Origin: Oopsacas minuta
Taxonomy: Eukaryota; Animalia; Porifera
Direction of reading: 5' to 3'
Assembly: GCA_024704765.1 (NCBI GenBank)
Contig: JAKMXF010000066.1
Coordinates: forward strand, 1,113,883 to 1,177,882
DNA length: 64,000 nucleotides
The notes under the pieces were generated by a model. The model worked only from the letters and a program-made list of their open reading frames with translations. It was not told where the DNA came from and did not search any database. A program made the translations under genes and the position numbers. Below, one piece after another: positions 12,083-23,000 of the stretch (position 1 is its first letter; each line of letters opens with the position of its first letter).

Positions 12083-12417
12083 ATGGAGACGATTGAGACT
12101 GACCGACAAACTAAAAAGAAGTCTAAAAGACCTTTAACAAGAGAATAATTGTCGAGTTCAATGAAACAGCTAGAAGTAAATTTATAAACGGATTCCAAGG
12201 TTGCAAGAAAAAACGAAAGAAAATCGCCTTGAAACAAAAAATAGCCAAAGAGAAAGCATTGAGACGTAAATTCAAATCCCAAAAGAGAAAAGAATTACTG
12301 GAAAAATTAGAAATATTAAAAGATCCCGAAGATACCCAAAAACAACCCACCGTTAGAACATTGAAAGTCTCTGATAATGTAATTAATATATCTGAAATTA
12401 ACCTTACATCAATGTAA
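12083..12417 (+). pseudogene. NOL12/Rrp17-like sequence with a frameshift near the 5' end
   Basis: The -1 frame from about 12127 reads RIIVEFNETARSKFINGFQGCKKKRKKIALKQKIAKEK, resembling the NOL12 motif (V.FDE..R.E.LTGF.KRK..RRK.A). The ATG frame (12083) stops at 12146-12148, and the NOL12 frame is closed upstream by TAA 12124-12126. Confidence 0.5.
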
Positions 12418-13385
12418 TGGCTAGTAATGATAATGAACATCTACCCAATGATGAAATATGATTATTTGTGTAGAAAGAAATCTGACCTGAATGACATAAA
12501 ACATCCATATACAATTTCTACCTGATTAGAAATTATGGTAGACAATGGGAATAGCACAAAATATAGAGAAATTGTTTACTTTTCCCAAAACAACCCCACA
12601 ACATTTATCATGCCCAGACATCGCAAGTTTGATCTTACAAAACAAGATAGCTTTCAACATATTAACGTGAAGGAAGCATATGTGTAAATATTCAATTTGC
12701 TTTGAACCTTTTTACCGAAATGAATACCCTTGCCATTTTACGGAATGTTATCGTGATTATGCTTGTAAATATTAAGCACCCACCCTCATTATGCTTACAC
12801 AATAATCGTTTTCAGTAATTAACAAATAATTGTTCTGAGTAAGAACAGCACTTGATTATATGCTAAGCGTTCCACGCAGTTTTCTTCGGGGATCATTTTA
12901 TAATATATATATATATATTTCTTCGGAATATGGAACAATCATTAATTAGCAGCCCAAATATATGGACAAGTTCTGAAGAGATTGCGATAGTTTCCAATTT
13001 AGAACTTTTATCACTCTATCGTTATAGTAGCTATAACGATACGGTGGTAAAAGTTTTTGTGTATATTATAACCTGCTTAATGCGATGTCTCTAACGAACA
13101 TGTATAATACTTGCAATGAACTGTTAACCTGCTCATTTATATACACAGATGATTAGTGAATTGTCATTACCCATAGATGTACAGATATCGTTCTTTCAAT
13201 TTCTACTACCCATTTTATTACAGTAGTATGATTATTCCTTTGTGAATTTATATTTCTACTCTAAACCAGGTGGATATATAGATCATCTCCGCTACATATG
13301 CCCAGGGCGGCTCTTGTAATTTCATGTAGGAACAAAGCAATTATCCATTCATATAATTTAATCATTGTTCTCATTAGTGCTCACA

Positions 13386-14369
13386 ATGAAGTGCTTAAGG
13401 CCATTAGCTCGTAGACTGACACTCAATACAGGAGCTGCTATACCAACACTAGGCCTAGGTACCTGGCAGTCTGAACCACAAGTAATAGGACCTGTGATAA
13501 GACATGCTATTGAGGAAGGTTATAGACATTTTGATTGTGCAGCTATGTACAAGAATGAAGCTGAAATAGGCCGAGCTTATAAAAGTATTATCAATGACGG
13601 TTTGTGTAGGCGAGAGGATTTATTTATTACTTCTAAATTAAGTCCTTATGACCTATTCCCTGATAAAATCAATGATGCAGTCAACAAGACATTGAGTGAC
13701 TTGAAATTAGATTATTTGGATCTTTATCTTATACACTGGCCTCATCGTATTAAATATCCTCCACTAAATACTACTGATACGTCACATGTAGAACCTTATA
13801 AAGAAAATTGGATGAAAGATGCTTGGATAATTCTAGAAAATATTTTCAAAGAAGGAAGGCTCAAAGCAATTGGATTATCAAATTTCTCCATAAAAAAGAT
13901 GGAACATATTTTATCAAATAGTACAGTTAAGCCAGCAGTCAACCAGGTCGAGAATCATATTTATTTTCAACAAGCAGTTATGAAAAAATACTTAGACTCT
14001 AAAGAAATTTTAATGCAATCGTATAGTCCGCTCGGCTCTCCTCAGAGAAGTTCGACTGCAGCAGAGGATCCAACTGTCTTGTCAGACCCAGTTGTGAAGA
14101 GAATTGCTGATACACACAATGCTACACCGGCACAGATATGTATCGCTTTTCTATTGAGAGACAATAAAGTTGTCTTAGCTAAGAGTGTAAATCCAATTCG
14201 TCTCAAATCTAACTTAAATTCTTTGGATATTCAACTGACAGAGCAAGATTATAAAGATATTACAGCAGTTGACAAAAACTATAGACTATTCCGAGCCAGA
14301 TTTCTGAGGCCTTATTCTACTTACAAGAATTTTTGGGACGAAGATTTCGAAGCAGAATTATCGAATTAA
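13386..14369 (+). CDS. Aldo-keto reductase, AKR1A1-like, intronless
   Basis: LGLGTW, GYRHFDCAAMYKNE, REDLFITSKL, LDYLDLYLIHWP, KAIGLSNFS, PAVNQVENH; catalytic D/Y/K/H present. First ATG is at 13386. Confidence 0.95.
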   Translation: MKCLRPLARRLTLNTGAAIPTLGLGTWQSEPQVIGPVIRHAIEEGYRHFDCAAMYKNEAEIGRAYKSIINDGLCRREDLFITSKLSPYDLFPDKINDAVNKTLSDLKLDYLDLYLIHWPHRIKYPPLNTTDTSHVEPYKENWMKDAWIILENIFKEGRLKAIGLSNFSIKKMEHILSNSTVKPAVNQVENHIYFQQAVMKKYLDSKEILMQSYSPLGSPQRSSTAAEDPTVLSDPVVKRIADTHNATPAQICIAFLLRDNKVVLAKSVNPIRLKSNLNSLDIQLTEQDYKDITAVDKNYRLFRARFLRPYSTYKNFWDEDFEAELSN

Positions 14370-14610
14370 TTCCAAAGAATATTATATTTAATATATTGTT
14401 AGGCCCCTGTTAATGAGAAATTGGTTTAGCTCCACATGAAGTCCATCTATGCATTTCGTTCTCTCATTATCTTATGGAAAGCAAACATTCCTTGGTAGAC
14501 ATACATTACGCTAACTATCTTTATTAATACTCAGGCATAATACAATTCTCTACAAGACATGGAAATAGCTACAAAATCTAGGACACACACAATTACTCAC
14601 AAGATAAGGG

Positions 14611-14790
14611 TTAACCACGAGTAATAAGATACATTAGTAAAAATAAAATAATAAACACGATAATGAGGGTGGGGATTACTATCTTTGGTATTTTCTCTCT
14701 AGCAGTTGTAAATTGTGCTTTTCTTTCAACTTTCTGTTTTTTTGTTTCTTTCGCTTCAGCAGAGTTCATTTTTTTGGTTCGAGACGGCAT
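14611..14790 (-). CDS. SMCO4: 59-aa single-pass membrane and coiled-coil protein 4 homolog
   Basis: Reads MPSRTKKMNSAEAKETKKQKVERKAQFTTAREKIPKIVIPTLIIVFIILFLLMYLITRG*. Matches the SMCO4 pattern (KET.K.K.ERK....A...I..V+PTL...hydrophobic...Y..TR) and its 59-aa length. Just under the size of ORFs in the track. Confidence 0.85.
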   Translation of the reverse strand: MPSRTKKMNSAEAKETKKQKVERKAQFTTAREKIPKIVIPTLIIVFIILFLLMYLITRG

Positions 14791-16016
14791 TTTGTCAGTT
14801 CACCACAAATGCACCAAATCTACAAATATGTGAAAAAACCGTTGAAATATAATCCAAAAAATCGGATATAATACTTAGCGAGTAATTTACATAGTATAAC
14901 CTTACTACCATCGATTAGCATTATGGTCTTATAATTATAACCATTCAAAACCCATTAGCCATTAATTTCTAGCAAACAGGTATAGTATTCACGATATACT
15001 TGTGAAAAGATAACCGCTATCTTAGACAATGATAACATTTGCTATGATCCAGTTTAGCATAATCCTAAAGTGCCCTTGTTAATAGTACATTGTGATAATG
15101 GAATGCTATGAGGTTGCATCATTGCGTAAGACTGCCCTTTCGATTGTGTCACATTAGTATTTAGACTGGTCCGTATAGATTATGTATTATCAGGTACCAT
15201 TGTATACCAGGTGCGTGGCGTTATTGACTGATAAAACCAATTCTTTGCTTTCGGAAGGGTTTTTATCTCTTTTAAATGTCTACGCAAACTTGTTATTGTA
15301 CTCTTCGAGTTGGTGAGAGATGGGGTAATTGGATAATTGATAAAAAAATATCCAGTTATTTGTTCAATGTTTATCCATACAACTTAGTGCGAAAATTAGC
15401 ATAAACACGGTATTTTGTATTATTTTTAACTTATTTAATTAACACAATGGAGTAATAGGACAGAATTTACTTACTTCTATCAGCAAAAGTATTTGAGTTA
15501 AGACTGTGAAAATTACAGCAGTAAGACGTCTTCAAAGCTTATACACGTAAGAAGCTTATATATTCGATGCATGAATTTCCTAGTGCTAATACAACATTAA
15601 TACCGTCCACAAATTAGAAATTATCCAATTAATCAAATCAGGAATTATCCAATTAATCATATTCTTAATTTCCAATTCTTTATGATGGAAGTTGTTAATA
15701 AACCCTAATTTCCCTAATTGCCTCTCTTTGTCCGTTATTTGTTTATTTCAGACTTTTATTTAATTAACCAAAAGAAAATAGCTTAATCATATTCGTATCA
15801 TGTAAACCTGAGCATGAGTTAATGAATTAAATATAGCTTCATCAATTCGTGGATATATTAGTTATATTATTAGAATATTATTTAGCATAAACTGACTTAT
15901 GGAAAATCTACAATTTATTTGGATATGGAATATTTCCACTGAATATTTTGTATTTACGAAGTGTTTCTCGCTTATTTAAAATTTTCACCCGTTTATTATG
16001 AATATTATGATTTGGA

Positions 16017-16116
16017 GTTATTTGTTATATACCGTATTGCAGTTATTTGTTATATACCGTATTGCAGTTATTTGTTATATACCGTATTGCAGTTATTTGT
16101 TATATACCGTATTGCA
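16017..16116. repeat. 25-bp tandem repeat, four perfect copies
   Basis: Unit GTTATTTGTTATATACCGTATTGCA x4, with a degenerate echo near 16183-16200. Confidence 0.95.
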
Positions 16117-18013
16117 GATTCTGCTTTATTGGAAAGTTTTTTCAGTGAATCTGCCAAAATTTTGGAATTTTCAAATACGGAATTTTATATACCATATTGC
16201 TCTGGATAAGCGTCCAGCCATGTTGGTAGAATCTTTTTTAACTTTGAAAGTAATTTGAGGAACTAATTATTCAATTTGCATATTGAATTGAGGCGTGGAT
16301 TTCACAAAGTATATTCTAGAGAAGGTGGCGGTTATTCACAATTCTTGGAACGTTTTTATAGCTCTCAGCGCTTATTCAGGGAAAATACGGTACATGATAA
16401 GACTCTTTTATGATTCTAAACTTACTCTGCCAAAGTCCTCAATAATCATTGTAAACTGAATTTATTCTAATAGACACACAAATTATTTACATGTTACATG
16501 CTCATAACCTCAATGTATCTAAAACAAACCTTACCAATATTGATAATGGATATTTTGATGTTGACATATTTCGTCGGATTTTTCAAATACATTAAATCTA
16601 TGTTTACGGTCAGTGTATTCTTATAATCATATTATCCGCAAGCTAGCACGAATAAATGAAAATGTTATATCCATATATTACTTCGACTTACATCTACCGC
16701 TAATATATTTCTGTACTCTTTTAGTTTCGAGCTAAGTATATTCACTAATTTGTTTATTACTATACTTTGTAAACTCGTGTAAACTCAAATTTGTCATTTT
16801 TGAACTAAACTTCGTATTTCCCCGAATTCAATTAGCAATTTCTTCCTCATAAGTAAAACTTTCATGAAAACTTCCAAATTAGCTTTTCATGAAGACAACA
16901 GTTGTAGTGATAATTATTAACGTATTTACTTGTTTGTATAAATAATCATGTTATTGTAAACTTGAAACTAGCTTAGTTAATCGAATTAAATTGTAAATTT
17001 CCTATTTTACCATTGGTAAAGTTCAATAAACCTTCACGCGTGTTTTTAGGTGAACCGAAAAACAATTATGCTTGCAAATATTAATATAATGAATTTACTA
17101 TATTGATATTACGTAAAATCGCATGAGGTTTACAGTGTTTTTGTGTCATTTGTGTTGTAAGGCTATTCTTCTGTTTTAATTTCAGTTTTGCTAACAAATC
17201 AATTAGAAATAATCTTTTACATCAATTTTGGAATGTCTACTTGTGTAATTAATAATAAGTGTGTATACCTCTAAGAGGATCACTGAACCATGATTAGATC
17301 TCAAATTACTCATTAGCAGAGGTCATAATATGATAACTTAGGCCACGCATTAGAGATATCTGTTTCAAGTATCAGGCCAAGTTTATTCAGTTTCAAAGGA
17401 ATTCCACGTATTAGTTTTGCATAATATCCTCAGAAATATTCATTTATTGCAGCGAATTTTTGCATATTTGATGATATACGCTATTACATTATATTAATTA
17501 TGAATTAATTGCAAAGAATACTTGTATTATTTTAGATTGTGGCTGACTACATACAGAATAAACGTATATTTTCCACGCCAAATTCAATTGTAATTCCTTT
17601 AGTGTAATGCATTATCAACTTCCGATATAGTTCAATATATGCTCAGATTTCCAATAATAAAAGTGTTGCCTTTCGGATAAGAATTTCATAAATCATTACA
17701 CACAATTAATAATATAATTCAGATAGTATACAATTCCGTAACATATACATCCTCATTACACAATTCCATTTTCAACCACTAACATTATTATGTGGTTATT
17801 TAAATTACTTACAACTGCTGGGAATCGTAAATCTTAACCTGAATTCGAACTTTAATGAGTAAGTTTCTGTTGAACTACTACGTGAACTGACTATAGAGAA
17901 TGTACATTGAAAATGTATAAATATGATCGTTATCTGGTCAATTGTATATTGAGTTTATCGAACATATATCTGATTATATATCTGCAAATTATATTTACCG
18001 ATTCGATTTTAAA

Positions 18014-19357
18014 ATGTCTGCAAGAGAAATAATTCATCTTCATCTCGGCCAAGCTGGTAGCCAAATTGGTGGTAGCTTATGGAACACATACTGCAACGAA
18101 TACAAAGTTGAAAGGAGTGGGAAATACAACGGGCAAAACCCTACAAACATTTCACATATCTTCAAAAATGTTGGGGAATCATACTACAAGCCACGAGCTG
18201 TCTTCTTCGATTTAGACCCTGAGACGAAACAAACATTCAGAGACACTTCACTAAAGCGGTTATTCGGGGAAGATCAATTCATTACTGGTAGGGAAGACGC
18301 GTCCAATAACTTCGCGAGAGGTTTTTACAACCTTGGCAGAGAGTTCAGAGACGAAATGATCGACGGAATACGAAGGGAATCTGAGGCCTGCGACAGTCTA
18401 CAGGGCTTCTATATATTCCGTTCGTTAGGAGGAGGTACAGGGTCGGGAGTTGGATCACTTTTGATCCAAGAACTACAACATGAATTCGGTGGGAAAGATA
18501 AGATGGATTTCAGCATCGCGCCATCTTCTGTACTAAACACATCAGTAACAGAGCCATACAATGTGGTGCATTCAATGTACAATAACATAGAAGATAATGA
18601 CATATCCGTCATGATGGACAACAAAGCACTGTATTCAGTCAGTGCAAACAAATTGGATATAGAAGTCCCCAGATATCGTGATCTGAACCGACTCGTTAGC
18701 AGAGTTGTGCAGAGTGTTACTTCAACGCTAGGAGCTGGAGCTGGGGCGAATAGAATGACGCTGTCTGAATTCAAAACAAATCTTATCCCGTTTTCCAGAA
18801 TTCACCATACAATTCCAAGTTATGCACCTCTGTCCACGAATTCACGGTCACATTACCATAGAATGAGCGTCACTGAGATAACACGATCTGCTTTCGATGA
18901 AGAAAGTACGTTTCTATCCGTGGGCGATATGAAAGACTCCAAATTTCTATCTTCATGTTTATTATACCGAGGTGATGTGTCACGGCGCGAAGCGAATCAA
19001 GCCAAAAATACAATTCTAGATGAGTATCAGTTTGTAGATTGGGCGCCAAATGGTATCAAACTTAACATACAAAACCGTGGATATACCAAATCAACTCCAT
19101 CAAAATCCGTAACAATGTTGGGAATAAATACTGCATTGAAAGACAGTCTATACGCCATGAATACACGATTCGACATGATGCTACAAAAACGGGCCTTCAT
19201 GCATTGGTACCTCATGGAAGGAATGGAAGAATTAGAATTCCATGATGCAAAAGAAGAATTATTCGCCTTAGAGAAAGACTACAACGAGCTACATAATGAC
19301 GACGATAGTTACACACGGCCTCTGAAATCACAGGGATACAGTGTTTATGAATACTAG
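18014..19357 (+). CDS. Highly divergent alpha-tubulin-like protein, 447 aa, intronless
   Basis: MSAREIIHLHLGQAGSQIG, PRAVFFDLDP, GREDASNNFARG, GGGTGSG signature, EFKTNLIP and KRAFMHWYLMEGMEE..F..A.E....LEKDY, the last being an alpha-type C-terminal helix. Confidence 0.9.
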   Translation: MSAREIIHLHLGQAGSQIGGSLWNTYCNEYKVERSGKYNGQNPTNISHIFKNVGESYYKPRAVFFDLDPETKQTFRDTSLKRLFGEDQFITGREDASNNFARGFYNLGREFRDEMIDGIRRESEACDSLQGFYIFRSLGGGTGSGVGSLLIQELQHEFGGKDKMDFSIAPSSVLNTSVTEPYNVVHSMYNNIEDNDISVMMDNKALYSVSANKLDIEVPRYRDLNRLVSRVVQSVTSTLGAGAGANRMTLSEFKTNLIPFSRIHHTIPSYAPLSTNSRSHYHRMSVTEITRSAFDEESTFLSVGDMKDSKFLSSCLLYRGDVSRREANQAKNTILDEYQFVDWAPNGIKLNIQNRGYTKSTPSKSVTMLGINTALKDSLYAMNTRFDMMLQKRAFMHWYLMEGMEELEFHDAKEELFALEKDYNELHNDDDSYTRPLKSQGYSVYEY

Positions 19358-20076
19358 ATTCATGTTTGTATAACATTTTATCTTTCATCACTTTATTATG
19401 TAAATTCAGCACGTATAAGTTGTAAAGTAATAAAAAGTGATTAAAATCATATTAGTTAATATTGAGTAGAATTGGGGGATAGCTTATTAGATAGAATACG
19501 AAGAATTAGAAGTATAAATGTTTAGATTATATTGTAGCCTCCACAAATGGGGTATGAGGGGCGCAGAAAAATGCTACACTGTTCCCCTTTTCAGCCGTTT
19601 GTGGAGAGGTTCATTTGTATGGAACTAGGAATTCGCTCAATTTTTTCACTCCGAGTTTCACTGCATTCGAAATATCTGCTAATATTTGAGACAATGGATA
19701 GTGTATAAAACATAACACTGCCAAAAATTGCTACACTATCCAACTAAGGATATATGAATCGATCCCACAATTTCGCAGACATTATCCCTCTTGGCAAACA
19801 AATGAACACATTTAGATATGATACATTCTCACAAATAAACAAAAAAATAGGGACCTGTGTTTGCTAATATGATATATATATATTGTATGTATTATGTACA
19901 CAGAAGGAACAACAATATAAGATTCCAGAGCTACTAAATATTACAATATCCATAACTATACTAATTGAAAATACGTCTGATGAACTCATAGTAATTACGT
20001 CACAGTTATATCTAGTGAGAGCAATAGATATACAAAATTAATGGTTGTAACTGGTATGTGATTGATGAAGGGATAA

Positions 20077-23000
20077 TTATTTGTCATCTTGTTTTGCTTT
20101 GGATTTGATTGTTCCGGATTTGGTGGGTGTACTACCTTGTCGGCTTTCTTTGTCTTTGAAAGAAGAGCTCCTTGAAACGGATTTACTAGCTTTAGAGCTA
20201 TCACCTGTAAATACAATTTATAAATATTCTGCGGTGTAATTTCCATAACTAGGAATTCGCTCTATTTTTATTCATTCCGTTTCCACTTACCGTGTCCAAA
20301 AGGGACTGGTTTTTGTATAGCTCTAACAGTTGGTGCATGAATCTTTGATGGTTGAGGGGGAGTGATACCGCTTGCGCCAGTATCAAGCTTCTTCTTTATG
20401 CTAGGAGATACTGGAGTAGAGCCTGGCTTCCTAGAAGGCATTGGAGATCCTAAAATGCAATGGTTAATTTATGGATCGACATCAGCGGTCTATTAATATA
20501 ATTTGTGAGTACATAGGAAAAGATCACAAAAATTCTGTTAAAAATCTAGAGAATATCATAAAATTTTACCTTCTTTGATGTGTGCGATTTCTGCAATAGA
20601 TTTAATAGGTGTATTCTCCACAGCTGGATCATGGAAGCTAATAGAAACTTGTTTATGTGTATCTTCTAATGCTTTTGTCTTACTATCAATCCTTGAATGA
20701 TACTCAGAGCTAATTTGTACCATAGAAGCTGAACCTGTTCCTTTCTTATCAAAATTGTAAATTTCTGTGTTTATTTTCCCGTGGATGTGTTTTGAATCTG
20801 CATTAGATCTGCAAGGATCTTGTTTGTGTAAGAAATTCTCTAATTTCTCCCAGCCTCCTCCTACTCGTACCATTACAGAGTTACGTAGGATACGTACGAG
20901 ACGCCAGGACTTGTTGTCTCCAAACTAAACAAATTCGTTAATAAACATACACGCAAACTGTATAAGCAGCGGTTCGCAACCTTTTTTAACCCGTGGACCA
21001 CCAAGTGATCTATGGGCCCTCGGTTCAGAGAATTTAACATTGACTAACCTGATACATAAGACCGTTAGCTGTCTCCTTCTTGTCAACTCTGAATTGGTGT
21101 TCACACTCACATTTACTGACCTCTTTCATAACCTATAATCATAAGCTACATTATGTACTGAAATCTATTGTTAGTGGTGAAACAGCAAAATGTTACTTAC
21201 ATGCTCGTTGATTACTACTTTCTCTGGCCTTGGATCGTTCTCAATCTATGCGTTAAAATTACAATAAAATTAATAGAATATACAAAAACTATAGGCTGAT
21301 GTAAATGACTTACTCTAGGTCTGAAGGATTTCATAAACAGATCAACATTCACTTGATTATTAGTCTCTTCGAATTTAGCTGCTACTAGTTCAAACTCTTG
21401 GTGCTTACAATTGAAGCCTAAAAAACAGAGTAGAGATTATTGTGTCTATCTGCGTGTTGTTTGTTTGTTGTTTTGTAAGATAAGTACCTGTGTTTTTAAG
21501 TTGAGTAATAAAATCTTCTTTAGCAAGATAAGTGTGGTTGATTATGTCAGCTTTCCTGAATATGTCTCCCTCTCTCATTTTCTGTTTCGTCATGTGAGAC
21601 TTGAACTAAAACGAAAGTTATAATAATACTGAACCAATATACATTATCTAACCTATGGTATATTCAACTTTATCCAATAACTGGTTGTATAACTGGTAAT
21701 GGCTAGATACAATGATTAGGACAGAGCATAAGAGACGCATTTTATGTCAGTGCTTGTAGTGTTGCTCTCAGGGGCCATATGAGTATTGTAGCCAGTGCCA
21801 AATGGGAAAACAAGTTAATTGAATTGAACTAGAATTTGATACACTTGACAGCAGTTTTGCTAGATCATGAACCAAGTTATTTTGGCCTTGGCATGCACCA
21901 TGAACTATAGTATGAAGGTTGACTTTTGACTTTGGGCATGAACCTTTATAATGTACTTTTTGTAAATAGTTCAACTTTCCACATCATTTGGCAACACTGC
22001 ATCACATAATATAGCCTCTTACTTAAAATATATAAATTCTACTCTATTTATTGCTTACATTTTCAAGCCAACTTTTGTAATCAAAAGAAGCATAAATTTG
22101 AATATCGACAATTCTATCTTTAGCTTCTTTCAAACGTCTCTGTCTCTCTGAGCCATGAACCCAAAGTATTTGCATTTTCTTATTCACTTTCTTCCTCATT
22201 TCTTCCATCTCTTTGCCTTTCTCAGTTTTTTGCAATGCTTTCACAACTCGGTTCTAGAAAACACAATTTTATTTCAATAAAGCCCCCATGTGCAAAACCT
22301 AAATATCCATTTTCGACAATTAATACTATAATTTTGCAATTCATTGAAGTACGTATATACAGTTTAAAGAATACATCAAAACAGTGGGTATGTAAATGTG
22401 TGTATAATTAATGTTATATATGCAAAAATCGTTTATTTTTTGGCAGAGTCACTAGCCGAAAAAATTAATGACGTTTCTTCATTATGACTATCTACATATC
22501 CTAAAAGCGTCAGTATTGGCCCTTCCTGCTGGGGTTTATTGCTCTGTACACAATCCATTATTCTCAATAGTTTACAAGTCTGCTCTCTCTCATCGTAGTC
22601 TATTAACTGTTCTCTAATTATTTTTGTTAAGTAATTTATGATCTCCCAATCAGAGTTCGACATTGACAGTGACTTTTTCAAGATATCTCCAGATTTAATT
22701 ACGTTCTGTCTGACTGATAGAGAATAGTAGAAAAGCAGATACGCTTTCATGGCCAAGTTAAGCAATGCTGACTGCATTAGACTCAGAATAAATTCGTCAT
22801 TTAGTGGAATAGTACGTTGACGTGTGATATATGATTTTGATAACATTGAGAGGAGTTTCCCGTCATAACTATGTCCGTGGAAAGTAGATTTCCCTTCGTT
22901 TATGGCAAATAACTGCGAATGCCGCCTAATCTGGTTATAAGGCTTAGTATTTTGCAAAGTCTTAGACTGTACCATCGCCATCTTAATATTATGCAGGTTA

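Noticed and set aside
15230-15340. Minus-strand TSLRRHLKR resembling a BED-finger/hAT transposase remnant
   Set aside because: No upstream CxxC, stop-interrupted and too short to support.
16017-16116. Possible CRISPR array
   Set aside because: Repeats are contiguous with no spacers, the context is eukaryotic and there are no cas genes.
15961-16258. Repetitive 82-aa and 86-aa ORFs
   Set aside because: They are artefacts of the 25-bp tandem repeat.
17942-18013. 24-aa N-terminal extension of the tubulin in the ORF track
   Set aside because: It begins at a non-ATG codon; homology starts at ATG 18014.
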